A stretch of DNA of 64,000 nucleotides from positions 325,332 through 389,331 of IMG/VR virus record IMGVR_UViG_3300021057_000274, one strand, 5' to 3'. The position numbers were made by a program, and so were the translations under genes. The notes under the pieces were generated by a model. It saw only the letters and a program-made list of their open reading frames with translations. It ran no database searches and was not told the DNA's origin. Of the stretch, positions 52,804-62,113 are shown piece after piece (the first letter of the stretch is position 1; each line of letters begins with the position of its first letter).

Positions 52804-53721
52804 GTGAAACTTGTTCTCGCAGCACTCCTAGCAGCCTTTTCCCTCCTCGCAGCCCCCGCACAAGCGCAATCCGGTAGACCAGACATCCTCGAGGTGATCA
52901 AGATCGAGGGCGGCATCGGTGATCACACGACTCGAACCGTCAAGGATCAGGTCGAGAAGATCAACGACAATCAGCGCATCAAGGCCGTGCTCATGATCGT
53001 CGACTCCCCGGGAGGCTCCGCGGTTTCAGCCGCGGCCGTTCACGAGGAGCTCGGCAAGATCAAGGTCCCGGTCGTCGCGTGGTGCAACAACATCTGTGCG
53101 TCGGGCGGAGTGTACGTGATGATGGCGACCTCGGTCAAGTACATCGGGGTTCGCACCGAAGCGATCGGCGGAAGCGTCGGCGTGATCGTGTCGGCGACTA
53201 GATATCACCGCTTGCTCGAGTGGGCGAAGATCGACAGCGAGACTTACAAGAGCGGATCTCTCAAGGACGTGTGGAACCCAACTCGGGCACCTGACGACGA
53301 GGAGAAGAAGTACATTCAGGGCCTCGTGGACGAGCTCGCCCAGACCTTCTACGGCGTGGTCAAGGCCGCTCGGGGCAGCAAGATCAACGAGGAAGCGTGG
53401 CGCGAGATCAAGCGCGCGAAGATCTTCTTCGGTAAAAACGTGGTGAAGATGGGATTGGCCGACTCCGTCATGACGCTTGAGCAAGCCGCGGCGAAGGCGA
53501 AGGAGCTCAGCGAGTCGAAGGCGATCTACACCAGAGACGAGCTGAAGAAGATGTCACAAGCCGCCGAGGACAAGCCTGGGCACGGTCCGTACATGCAACC
53601 GTCGCCTCATCCGATCATGGGTGGCCTCCCACAGAACGTCGGTGACCTGATCGACATGGTCAAGGAGATCCGAGAGGGAGAGTCGGTGAAGTTCGAGTAC
53701 AGGATGCCGTACAAGTTCTAG
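52804..53721 (+). CDS. sppA: S49 peptidase (SppA-like) with signal peptide
   Basis: VDSPGGS, CASGGVY, GSVGV, KSGSLKD; GTG 52804 followed by a signal peptide. Confidence 0.82.
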   Translation: MKLVLAALLAAFSLLAAPAQAQSGRPDILEVIKIEGGIGDHTTRTVKDQVEKINDNQRIKAVLMIVDSPGGSAVSAAAVHEELGKIKVPVVAWCNNICASGGVYVMMATSVKYIGVRTEAIGGSVGVIVSATRYHRLLEWAKIDSETYKSGSLKDVWNPTRAPDDEEKKYIQGLVDELAQTFYGVVKAARGSKINEEAWREIKRAKIFFGKNVVKMGLADSVMTLEQAAAKAKELSESKAIYTRDELKKMSQAAEDKPGHGPYMQPSPHPIMGGLPQNVGDLIDMVKEIREGESVKFEYRMPYKF

Positions 53722-53740
53722 CAGCATTGACGGCTTGGTG

Positions 53741-53770
53741 ACGGAGAGCGATCGCTCTCCGTTTTCATTT
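53741..53770 (+). terminator. Rho-independent terminator
   Basis: Palindrome ACGGAGAGCGATCGCTCTCCGT plus TTTCATTT. Confidence 0.75.
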
Positions 53771-53796
53771 ACAAGACTCGCAACACTTGATATAAT
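53768..53796 (+). promoter_or_regulatory. sigma70-like early promoter
   Basis: TTTACA-N17-TATAAT. Confidence 0.85.
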
Positions 53797-53820
53797 CATC
53801 CTCTAGACATCGGAGGCGAT

Positions 53821-53994
53821 GTGACTACCGAAGAGCTTTACGCGTTTCTCAGGGAGAACCTGAGCATCGAGATCACGGAAGGGCCGGGCGGTTTCACCGA
53901 CCCGAACGGGAGAACTGTCAATCTCAAGCTCGGTGACGACGTCATCTCGACGGCGTACTTCAACGTGCGCCAGACTAGGGAATACGACGGATGA
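53821..53994 (+). CDS. hypothetical protein (57 aa)
   Basis: GGAGG SD, GTG start, ATGA overlap with next gene. Confidence 0.6.
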   Translation: MTTEELYAFLRENLSIEITEGPGGFTDPNGRTVNLKLGDDVISTAYFNVRQTREYDG

Positions 53995-54449
53995 GTGACC
54001 AAGATCTGATTCGCTCAGTCAAGCGAAGCTCACGCGTCACGCCGCTCGCATACCGCGGTGACGAGGTCGAGGGCGGAGAGTACAAGTCCGTTCCTCTCGG
54101 CGTAAACGGTCCCCACGCACCGATGAAGAGGGAGTCCGAAGCGATCCGACGCGCCATGGCAGAGACCGGTCGTACGGAGGAGGACCTCAGGCAAGATCCT
54201 CACTACCGAAAGCTCTTTTCAGAGGCCGCGAAGGCCAAGGGCACCAAGACGCCTCGTGAGCGAAAGATCCGCGAGATGCTCAAGGCGGTGCTTCGAGAGG
54301 TGAAGCTTCCGAAGGAGCACCCGAAAACCCTGGAGACGTTGGCCGAGATGTATCGGGCAAAGAGAGGACCGTTTCGGGCCTGGGGTTGGTCATCCGCGAC
54401 GACGATCACTCTCGACGAGCTAGTCTCCTACCTCAAGCATAGCTACTGA
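53991..54449 (+). CDS. hypothetical protein
   Basis: 152 aa. Confidence 0.65.
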   Translation: MSDQDLIRSVKRSSRVTPLAYRGDEVEGGEYKSVPLGVNGPHAPMKRESEAIRRAMAETGRTEEDLRQDPHYRKLFSEAAKAKGTKTPRERKIREMLKAVLREVKLPKEHPKTLETLAEMYRAKRGPFRAWGWSSATTITLDELVSYLKHSY

Positions 54450-54498
54450 CGATTCCACCGAAACTCTACGCTCAGATCTGGAGAGTCTAAAGCAAGAG

Positions 54499-54527
54499 TT
54501 TACATCTCTCTCCTGAGGTGTTAAGAT
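54499..54527 (+). promoter_or_regulatory. sigma70-like early promoter
   Basis: TTTACA-N17-TAAGAT. Confidence 0.65.
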
Positions 54528-54690
54528 TTCACGGTGTCGTGGTTTCTCTTCGCGGTCGGCGTCGTCGGTTCGGTGCTGACCTCTCTCATGATCTGGGCAA
54601 TTCTCGGACCTGTGCCCGCGGCGCTGTGGTCAGGGGCTTGCTTCGGCTTCGGAGCAATGTTCGCAATAGGCAAACAAGAGCTAGACAAAG

Positions 54691-54927
54691 ATGGCTGACG
54701 CAAAGGTTGGATCAAAGAAGAAGGGCACGCAGCGCGTGCGGATGCTAGACGGCAAGGTTGTACGTCCTTGCCTCTACAATGGTCGCGCCTTGGGTCACGG
54801 GCTCTATTACGCTGGCTACGTCGAGCAAGCCGACAAGAAGGGCAGCTGGCCATCAGATCTCTTCGTCTATGACGAGAACGGAAAGCCGCGTCCGTACAAC
54901 GAGATCGGCGAGCTAGTTTTGGAGTGA
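54691..54927 (+). CDS. hypothetical protein
   Basis: 78 aa, coupled downstream. Confidence 0.6.
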   Translation: MADAKVGSKKKGTQRVRMLDGKVVRPCLYNGRALGHGLYYAGYVEQADKKGSWPSDLFVYDENGKPRPYNEIGELVLE

Positions 54928-55127
54928 GCTTGCCCACCGTCCTCCCCAACGGCAAGGTTTTCGACCTCCCCTGCGAGAAGCCTGAAGATCTGACGGGGTT
55001 CATGACAATTCACGTAGTCGGTCGGGGAGAGCTTGCGCTCGAATTTCACGTCAACCCTGAGTCGACTCCTCTGGCAGCCAACGACCCGAGGATCAACCCG
55101 TGTGACGCCGAGCAGAGGCGCAGGTGA
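54924..55127 (+). CDS. hypothetical protein
   Basis: GTGA overlaps on both sides. Confidence 0.5.
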   Translation: MSLPTVLPNGKVFDLPCEKPEDLTGFMTIHVVGRGELALEFHVNPESTPLAANDPRINPCDAEQRRR

Positions 55128-55570
55128 GCGAACCTAAGCAGGTCATCGTGATGCGCAAAGATCTCAACATGCGCAAGGGCAAGATGGTCGCTCAAGGGGC
55201 TCACGCGTCGATGGCGGCGATTCTCGCGATCGGACAATACATTCCTGCGACGCAGTCTCACACCAGTGAAGCTCGCTTTGAGATCCCCCTCACTGACGAG
55301 GGAGTGCGTCGATGGCTCGTCGGCGGGGCCGACGTTCCGCCTACAGGCTTCAAGAAGATCTGTGTCGGAGTCGACAGCGAGCAAGAGCTGCTCGACGTCT
55401 GGAAGGCGGCTCAGCCGATGCTCTTGTCCGGGAGGTTGCCTGGCGCTCTCATCAAGGACAACGGGCTCACCGAGTTCAACGGCGTCCCTACCTACACGTG
55501 TCTCGCTCTCGGCCCTTCCGAGAAGCTTGACCTCTTTGACCTTCTCACGGGACATCTCAAGCTTCTATGA
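55124..55570 (+). CDS. pth2: peptidyl-tRNA hydrolase, Pth2 family
   Basis: KQVIVMRKDLNMRKGKMVAQGAHAS, KKICV, DNGLTEF, TCLALGP. Confidence 0.92.
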   Translation: MSEPKQVIVMRKDLNMRKGKMVAQGAHASMAAILAIGQYIPATQSHTSEARFEIPLTDEGVRRWLVGGADVPPTGFKKICVGVDSEQELLDVWKAAQPMLLSGRLPGALIKDNGLTEFNGVPTYTCLALGPSEKLDLFDLLTGHLKLL

Positions 55571-56133
55571 ATCGACTTGACCGCACTCGCGTCTTGACCG
55601 CTCCCTACTACTCCGAGGACCTCTCGCCGAGCGACCCCGCGATCTTTCTCGCTGGTCCGATCACCGACGCGCCGAACTGGCAGCTCGACGCGGTGCGCAT
55701 CCTCCGAGAGAGGGCGAGGTCGCCGATCTTTATCTTCAACCCGCGGCAAGAAAAGTCTCCGACGGTAGTCGAGTTCACCGACGAGATGTACTACGAGCAA
55801 GTCAATTGGGAGCTCAACCACCTCAAGCACTGCACCGGTTACGGCGTCATCCTCTTCTGGATGGCGTGCCCGGTCATCGCGCGCAAGGCCCCTGAGCGGG
55901 CATACGCCCAGACGACGCGCCTCGAGTTCGGCAAGTACTCCGCGCTGAGCAACTTCGGCGCGAAGGTCGTGCTCGGAATCGACGAGAGCAGCCCACGTTA
56001 CCCCTTCGGCAACGAGCGGTACATCCGTCACTACGTGGCGACCGAGTGCCCGCACATCCCGCCGATCCAGACGACGCTCGAGCACACGTGCGAGACGGCT
56101 CTCGTCGCTCTCGAGAGCATGGGGCGGGCATGA
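55567..56133 (+). CDS. nucleoside 2-deoxyribosyltransferase-like protein
   Basis: IFLAGPI..APNWQ, FNPR, QV.WE..HL, ILFW, TTRLEFG. Confidence 0.8.
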   Translation: MNRLDRTRVLTAPYYSEDLSPSDPAIFLAGPITDAPNWQLDAVRILRERARSPIFIFNPRQEKSPTVVEFTDEMYYEQVNWELNHLKHCTGYGVILFWMACPVIARKAPERAYAQTTRLEFGKYSALSNFGAKVVLGIDESSPRYPFGNERYIRHYVATECPHIPPIQTTLEHTCETALVALESMGRA

Positions 56134-56519
56134 TCGTTCAGCTCTGGGGAAACCTGATCAGCCTCAGCGAGATCGTCATGGTCAACAAGCTAACCATCTC
56201 GATCATGGGTTATCCGCAGCACTCGTCCGTCGCATTCACCGTCATCTTCAAGGGCGGGAAAGAGCTTCCTCTTCACCGGTACATTAGAGACGACGAGCTC
56301 ATCAAGCAAACGGATAAGTCTCGCGTGATGATCTTCAAAAAGACGGATGCCCTCTCGAAGGATGAGAGGTTAAAGGTTTACCCTCTTGAGGATGGTCAAC
56401 GTCCGTCTGACGATGAGATGTCTCTCCTTGAGGCTAACGCGACGCATGAGCGCCAAAAGCTCATCGATCTCTGGCAAATAACTATCCAGTCGGATCGCCC
56501 GATCGAGGTGATCGCGTGA
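56130..56519 (+). CDS. hypothetical protein
   Basis: ATGA overlap. Confidence 0.6.
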   Translation: MIVQLWGNLISLSEIVMVNKLTISIMGYPQHSSVAFTVIFKGGKELPLHRYIRDDELIKQTDKSRVMIFKKTDALSKDERLKVYPLEDGQRPSDDEMSLLEANATHERQKLIDLWQITIQSDRPIEVIA

Positions 56520-57172
56520 AGGAATTTCCCTCCGTCCCGAGCTGGAGGGAAAAGTCAAAGGTGCCCTTCGGCGAGCCGTGCTACGGCTTCTACAAGTACG
56601 ACGGCTCGAATCTTAGGTGGGAGTGGCGGCGCAAGAAGGGCTTTTACAAGCACGGCACTCGCAATCGGCTCTTCGGCGCTGACGAGTCACCGTGGAACCA
56701 GGCGATCCCGCTCTTCCTCGGATCGATGGCCGAGCAGATCGAGCGAGTCGTCACTAGGGAGCACAAGGGCATCCAAGAGTTCACGGTCTACACCGAGTTC
56801 CTCGGGCCGAGCTCGTTCGCGGGAAACCACGTTCTTGACGAGCCGAAGGAGCTCAAGCTCATCGACGTGTGGATTCACCAGAAGGGTTTCATCCCACCCA
56901 ATCGCATGGTTAGGATCTTTGACGGCATGGGCGAGGGCGCCGAACCGTGGATGCCAGTTTGCCTCTATTACGGAAACCTCAATCGCGAGCTGATCGAGCA
57001 AGTCGCGCAGGGACACGTGATCAGCGGGGGCAAGGCCTTTAAGCTGGATGAGGGTTTGATGTGCAAGGGCGTCGATCGACGCGACCAGCAGTGGATGGTC
57101 AAGATCAAGACGATCGCTTGGATCGAGCGACTCAAGCAGCGCTACGGCCAAGACTGGGAGAAGTACGCGTAA
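56516..57172 (+). CDS. RNA-ligase-like nucleotidyltransferase
   Basis: YKYDGSNLR (KxDG), YTEF, LIDV, EGLMCK, VKIK. Confidence 0.65.
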   Translation: MKEFPSVPSWREKSKVPFGEPCYGFYKYDGSNLRWEWRRKKGFYKHGTRNRLFGADESPWNQAIPLFLGSMAEQIERVVTREHKGIQEFTVYTEFLGPSSFAGNHVLDEPKELKLIDVWIHQKGFIPPNRMVRIFDGMGEGAEPWMPVCLYYGNLNRELIEQVAQGHVISGGKAFKLDEGLMCKGVDRRDQQWMVKIKTIAWIERLKQRYGQDWEKYA

Positions 57173-57189
57173 CTAAAGGAGAATGAACG

Positions 57190-58233
57190 ATGGGGACGAC
57201 GATGGGGTTGGCGATGACGCGAGCGATGGAGAACGTGGCGCGGGCACCCGGCGGAAGAGCTTCTCTGTCTCGAAAGCCTCGCGTCACTTGGGTGCCCTCC
57301 GAGGTTCAGAAGATCCAGGACGAGATGTTTAACATGCTCGCTCGGGAGAACGCGTTTCCGCTAGATCACTTCTCCCACGTGATCTTTCGCAAGGCACAAG
57401 AGTCGCTCGTCTCGAAGCGCATGCTCGACGGCAACCGCACCCGCGAGCACTTGAGCGAGCAAGATGTCGGCGCCTGGAGGAAGATCCTCAACGAGCGCGG
57501 CCACAAGTACAACATGGAGATCTACGACGGGACACGCACCCCAAAGGGAGTCCTCATTGAGCAGACGAAGCCCGCAGAGACCAAACAGCCAGAGCAGCAG
57601 CAACCTGTAGAGAGAAAAGATGCTGCACCTCTACAAGGCACCGCATCTCCGCTCGAGCTGATCGAGTCGGGAATCAAGATGATGATGGCTAACTACCTGC
57701 GCGGCCTCGGTAACGTCTTTCAAGAGACCCTCAACGAGCAAGAGCGCATCCTTCGGGACACCCTCATCATCGTTGACGAGCTCCGCGAGGACGTCACCAA
57801 ACTGCGCGCCGAGGTCGAGGCGTTGCGACCCAAGCCGTCTGAGCCGTCAACCTACCAGGTGAACACTGGCCCGCTCACGACCGCGATCGATACCTTCTTG
57901 AAGGCCGAGAAGGTACCCCAGCTCCAGTTCACCCGGAAACCTCGGATCGCGGTCGTCGGCCTGTTCGACAAGTGGCGGCGCGAGCTTGAGGGCTACGAGC
58001 AGTTCTTCGACATCAGGTACTTTCGAGGTGACGAGCGCCCTCTCGTTTTCGACGGCTTTCAGAGGGTTTATTGCATGATCCGCTACATGGGTCATACTCA
58101 CACCGACACCGTCAAGGCCGTCGCGCGGAAGCAAGGCCAGGATGTCTACGTGCAGGTTCCGGGCCGCTCGCCCTCCTCGCTCAAGCGAGAGATCGACAAG
58201 CACCTAAGTGCGGTGGAGATCAAGGTGAAGTAG
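57190..58233 (+). CDS. hypothetical protein with coiled coil and C-terminal alpha/beta domain
   Basis: AAAGGAG SD; 347 aa. Confidence 0.7.
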   Translation: MGTTMGLAMTRAMENVARAPGGRASLSRKPRVTWVPSEVQKIQDEMFNMLARENAFPLDHFSHVIFRKAQESLVSKRMLDGNRTREHLSEQDVGAWRKILNERGHKYNMEIYDGTRTPKGVLIEQTKPAETKQPEQQQPVERKDAAPLQGTASPLELIESGIKMMMANYLRGLGNVFQETLNEQERILRDTLIIVDELREDVTKLRAEVEALRPKPSEPSTYQVNTGPLTTAIDTFLKAEKVPQLQFTRKPRIAVVGLFDKWRRELEGYEQFFDIRYFRGDERPLVFDGFQRVYCMIRYMGHTHTDTVKAVARKQGQDVYVQVPGRSPSSLKREIDKHLSAVEIKVK

Positions 58234-58243
58234 GTTAAATCCG

Positions 58244-58272
58244 TGTACTTTTCGCGAGAGATGAGTTAAAAT
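58244..58272 (+). promoter_or_regulatory. sigma70-like promoter, -10 in imperfect hairpin
   Basis: TGTACT-N17-TAAAAT; CGCGAGAGATGAG/CTCTATCTCTACGCG flanks. Confidence 0.7.
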
Positions 58273-58299
58273 GCTCTATCTCTACGCGGAGGCGCGTAC

Positions 58300-58659
58300 A
58301 TGGAAGCGACGACGAGGTCAGGACGCAGGGAGCTTCTCGAGGACATCGCGGCCAAGCTGACCGAGGCTCGGCTTTGCAATCCTTACGGCGGTGACGTCAC
58401 CAAGGTGCCGAGAGGTCGGGGTGGGGCTTTTTACCAGACGCTCTTCTCGTACCCGCGCAACCTGGACGGGTACATCGCCGTCTATAACGTCAACCACATC
58501 GTGGTCGAGTTCCAGACGCGCTATCATCACCTTCCGCACCGAGGGCGGTTCGTCTTCAAGAGCGCGGATGACGTCAAGGAGTTCATCGACGCGGCGTTCG
58601 TCAAGCTGAGCCAAGACGCGACAGACGCCGTGCTCGCGAGAGCCGTGAGGGAAGGATGA
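58300..58659 (+). CDS. hypothetical protein
   Basis: GGAGG SD. Confidence 0.7.
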   Translation: MEATTRSGRRELLEDIAAKLTEARLCNPYGGDVTKVPRGRGGAFYQTLFSYPRNLDGYIAVYNVNHIVVEFQTRYHHLPHRGRFVFKSADDVKEFIDAAFVKLSQDATDAVLARAVREG

Positions 58660-58895
58660 TGTACGTTCTCGGGGTCGGATCTTGGGTCATCGCGTGGCTG
58701 AAGCGCCGCGCAGATCGCAAGATGCACAGGCTGACGATCGAGATTCTCGAGGATCACATCAATGACCTCGAGGGGGAGATCGACGCGGCGCAATCCGAGC
58801 TTCCCTGGTCGGCCAACCACATCAACGTCTGCGAGGTTGAGATCAGAGAGCTTCGCCGAGAGATTCAAGCTCGTCGAAACCTCGCGCAGCTATGA
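58656..58895 (+). CDS. hypothetical coiled-coil protein
   Basis: Coupled. Confidence 0.55.
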   Translation: MMYVLGVGSWVIAWLKRRADRKMHRLTIEILEDHINDLEGEIDAAQSELPWSANHINVCEVEIRELRREIQARRNLAQL

Positions 58896-59209
58896 ACACT
58901 AACCTCGTCGAGGTCATCTTTCAGGTGCTCGACTCCCAGTCCAAGCCTCTCACGAGAGCGCGCAGAACCCCGACGCGCACCGAGGCGAGAGAGTTTCTGC
59001 GAGAGCTCGTCTCTCAGGTACACTCGCAGGGCGGAGCGGAGATCATCGCCGATCTGCTCGGCCTCGACTCACTTAAACGATCCGATCTCAGCTTGGATGA
59101 TATAATGTCCGAGCTTGAGGAAGTCAAGTGCCCGATCACCGTGTACGGTGTCGCTCTCGCTGGAGCGATGTTCTTGAAGCAGGGCTACCTCAAGTGCCTA
59201 ACCCACTAG
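58892..59209 (+). CDS. hypothetical protein
   Basis: Coupled. Confidence 0.55.
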   Translation: MNTNLVEVIFQVLDSQSKPLTRARRTPTRTEAREFLRELVSQVHSQGGAEIIADLLGLDSLKRSDLSLDDIMSELEEVKCPITVYGVALAGAMFLKQGYLKCLTH

Positions 59210-59219
59210 AGGAGCTCTC

Positions 59220-60227
59220 ATGCACTTGATCGGATTCATCCTTTGCTTCATGGCGGCGTTGCTTGCGCCAGTCTTCGCGCTCGCCGCTGGCGATCCCAAC
59301 TGTCCGCCCCTCACCGGGCTTCAGAAGGTCGCTGGCTTCATCGACTTTCTCTCGATCCTCAAGATCTCGGCGATCATCGGCGGAGTCGCTTGCGCAGGTT
59401 ACCTCCTCTTCAGCTGGGTCAAGTGGCTTCGCCAGCTCTTCATGGCGGTCCCCCTCGCCGCTTACGAGGCGCTAGGCTGGATCGCGTCGATCGGAGCGAT
59501 CCTCATTGCAGGCGAGGTCGGTGAGACTAACCGTCTCTGGCCCCTGCTCGGCGGTTGCCTAGGCATCGCGGCGATGATCCCGATCACCTCCTTCATCCAC
59601 AACATCAAGGGTCACCCGCGAAACTACTTCATCACCCTCACGCTCGTCTGGAGTGCGGCCGCGGTGATGTACATGGATCCGGTCGTCGCCTTCTTCGCTG
59701 TCGGCGCGCTGATCTCGGCTCTCGGCTTTGCCTTCCACGTCTTTCCCGGCTTCGGCTGGGGCATCGGGTTTCACGGCGACGAGGAGCTCTTCTCGGGTAC
59801 GGCAGCAGCGGCCGTCCTCACCATCTGCGGTGCTGCGCTGCGCATCAACGGCGGTCCAGATGTCTTGAAGCTCTTCGAGACGGGCCTCCTCTGGATCGGA
59901 CCGTTCGTTCTCTACCTCGGCCTCTTCATCATGGCGTCGCGTTGGACCACCGACGGGTTGAACGGCACCTACGTCATCCGCAACCTCTACATGCTCGTCG
60001 CGACGCTCCTCGGCATCTACCTCGGCACGGTCTACGACGTCGGCCCGCTGCGCGGAATGGCCGCGACCTGGTTCGTGCTCTGGGTGCTCGAGAAGCCGTT
60101 CGAGCTGCCGGTACAGAGCCGCTCGGCGTTCGCCGCAATCGGCCTGTGCGTCGCCGTTGCGGTCGGGGCCGGTGTCTACTGGGCCCAGAACCACATGGAT
60201 CTGGTTCGTCCCTATCTGCTCTTTTGA
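59220..60227 (+). CDS. polytopic membrane protein
   Basis: About 10 hydrophobic helices; GAGGAG SD. Confidence 0.8.
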   Translation: MHLIGFILCFMAALLAPVFALAAGDPNCPPLTGLQKVAGFIDFLSILKISAIIGGVACAGYLLFSWVKWLRQLFMAVPLAAYEALGWIASIGAILIAGEVGETNRLWPLLGGCLGIAAMIPITSFIHNIKGHPRNYFITLTLVWSAAAVMYMDPVVAFFAVGALISALGFAFHVFPGFGWGIGFHGDEELFSGTAAAAVLTICGAALRINGGPDVLKLFETGLLWIGPFVLYLGLFIMASRWTTDGLNGTYVIRNLYMLVATLLGIYLGTVYDVGPLRGMAATWFVLWVLEKPFELPVQSRSAFAAIGLCVAVAVGAGVYWAQNHMDLVRPYLLF

Positions 60228-60544
60228 TGAAGAGGGTCTACTTCAAGTTCGCGGGTGACACGCTCGCTCAACACAGCCAGTCACTATGGTTCTACGTCAA
60301 GGACAACTTCAAGGCCGCGGTCGGCAACCACGTCGCCACGTATCTCCAGGAGGCGGAGAGGGCGGGCTACGTGATCAAGATCGAGACGATCGACGACGCG
60401 GAGACGGGCGAACCGTGCGAGCTCCGCATCGTCCTCAAGGGGAGCCAAGCGCAAGCGATCTCGGTGTTCAAGCAACTCATGAACCTGCTCATGCCGATGA
60501 TCGTCATGCCGAGCGGCCCCCAAGAGTACGACCAGGCGGCTTGA
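60227..60544 (+). CDS. hypothetical protein
   Basis: TGATG overlap; MKRVYFKF. Confidence 0.6.
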   Translation: MKRVYFKFAGDTLAQHSQSLWFYVKDNFKAAVGNHVATYLQEAERAGYVIKIETIDDAETGEPCELRIVLKGSQAQAISVFKQLMNLLMPMIVMPSGPQEYDQAA

Positions 60545-61119
60545 GCCACGACCGGCACACGTACGGCAAGACGCCCGCGGCGATGTATCTCGCGGCGAGG
60601 CTCAACGAGCTCAACGATCCGGTCCTGGCGCGTAAGGTTGGCAAGCAGATCACGACGCTCCAGGAGCGCGTCGCCGAGCTCTATCGCTCAAACGTCGTCG
60701 GCACGCTGACGGCTCACACGATCGGGTTTCTAGTGACGATCCTTCGGGGTGACGTCAAGCGCGCCCACGACGAGATGATCAGAGCGAGGTGCGACAAGCT
60801 GGCGATCAACCTGATGGCGAACGTCATGATGGGCGAGCTCAAGCGACTGAGCCGACAGGTGATGGAGGCGCGCCACTCCGAGCAGCATCGCCAGCGAGTG
60901 CTCGGACGTCCGACCCAGTTCTTCGACCCGAGCGAGAAGCGACCGCAGCGCATCTTCACCGCCGAGGAGAACGTCGTCGTCGCGGAGTACGTCAACGGAC
61001 AAGCGCGCGGCGCGAGGATCAGGATCGACCAGATGAGCGACCCGATCACCCCAGAGGTCTTGATCAAGCGCTCGAGGGCTAAGTTAGCCAGACGAGGCAA
61101 GCCCAGCGATTTTTATTGA
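60541..61119 (+). CDS. hypothetical protein
   Basis: TTGA overlap. Confidence 0.55.
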   Translation: MSHDRHTYGKTPAAMYLAARLNELNDPVLARKVGKQITTLQERVAELYRSNVVGTLTAHTIGFLVTILRGDVKRAHDEMIRARCDKLAINLMANVMMGELKRLSRQVMEARHSEQHRQRVLGRPTQFFDPSEKRPQRIFTAEENVVVAEYVNGQARGARIRIDQMSDPITPEVLIKRSRAKLARRGKPSDFY

Positions 61120-61167
61120 CCGTAGATACCCATTAACCCAAAAGCCTAGGTTAGCTCAGGAAAGCAC

Positions 61168-62106
61168 ATGACCGCACCATCGAAGGTGGCGTACAAGTCT
61201 GGTAACATCGTACGCGTCGAGATCATCAAGCGCGAGGAGTACGAGTTCAAGGTCGCTGGACCGCGCGGCAAGCCAGTCGTCCCCAACTGCTCTGAGGGTT
61301 GCGGATCAATTCTTCGGCAGAAGTGCGCGTGGGATCTGGGAGGCTCTTGCCCGCGCCACGAGCTTACGCAGGCTTACGAGGAAGCGCTGCGGATCTGGCG
61401 CTCCCAACACGTCGCTGCCAACGTCCTCGACTTCTATCGCGAGGAGTTTCCGGTCGTGTATCGTGAGTCGGAGTCGCATTCGCCGGGAAGCGTTTCGTCG
61501 CCGTTTCGAACGTTCGACATCAACTCGGTTCAGAGAGCCAAGTTCGACTGGCTCGAGACGGTGCACTGCTACATCCAGTGGATGTTTCCGACCGACGAGG
61601 TCAGTCAGTTCAACCCCGACGCGCCCCTGGTCACGACGTATGTCCGTCGAGTGTTTCGTGAAAACGGCGAGCTTCGCCGAAAACTCATCCGCTCCCTTGA
61701 GCGCATCCTCCGCTTCTACGGCCTAGAGGTGATCCGCCCGTTTGGCGGACCCAAGTGGAGAGTGTCCGAGCCTTGGAAGGGCGAGATCAAGGATCGCCCG
61801 GAGGTGGTGCTTGTCACTGACAAGTGGCTGATCCCGAACCAGATCGCGAACATCAATGCCGGCCACGTCGAGAACTACCGCTTCGAGGCACGTGCCTCGA
61901 ACTGGTTGCGACCAGGCAACCACAACTTGTTGCGACTGACGCGCATCCTGCGCTCTCTGACGCTCCTCGGCCTTCCGGTACATGCGCTGGCGCTGCTTAA
62001 CACCCTGGAGAAGATCGCAACTGAGCGACTCGACGTCATCACCGACACGACCCTCGAGTTTTGGCGCGCCGCGGTGAACGAGCCGGTCGGCGCACGAAGA
62101 GATTAG
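61168..62106 (+). CDS. OGFr-like (opioid growth factor receptor conserved region) domain protein
   Basis: LE..H.YIQWMFP..E.S.FNPDAP; FYGL; NHNLLRLTRILRSL..LG. Confidence 0.78.
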   Translation: MTAPSKVAYKSGNIVRVEIIKREEYEFKVAGPRGKPVVPNCSEGCGSILRQKCAWDLGGSCPRHELTQAYEEALRIWRSQHVAANVLDFYREEFPVVYRESESHSPGSVSSPFRTFDINSVQRAKFDWLETVHCYIQWMFPTDEVSQFNPDAPLVTTYVRRVFRENGELRRKLIRSLERILRFYGLEVIRPFGGPKWRVSEPWKGEIKDRPEVVLVTDKWLIPNQIANINAGHVENYRFEARASNWLRPGNHNLLRLTRILRSLTLLGLPVHALALLNTLEKIATERLDVITDTTLEFWRAAVNEPVGARRD

Positions 62107-62113
62107 GAGACCG

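Noticed and set aside
59078-59106. Promoter at TGATATAAT inside gene 58892
   Set aside because: No matching -35 at 17 nt and intragenic; the weak flanking inverted repeat is not enough support.
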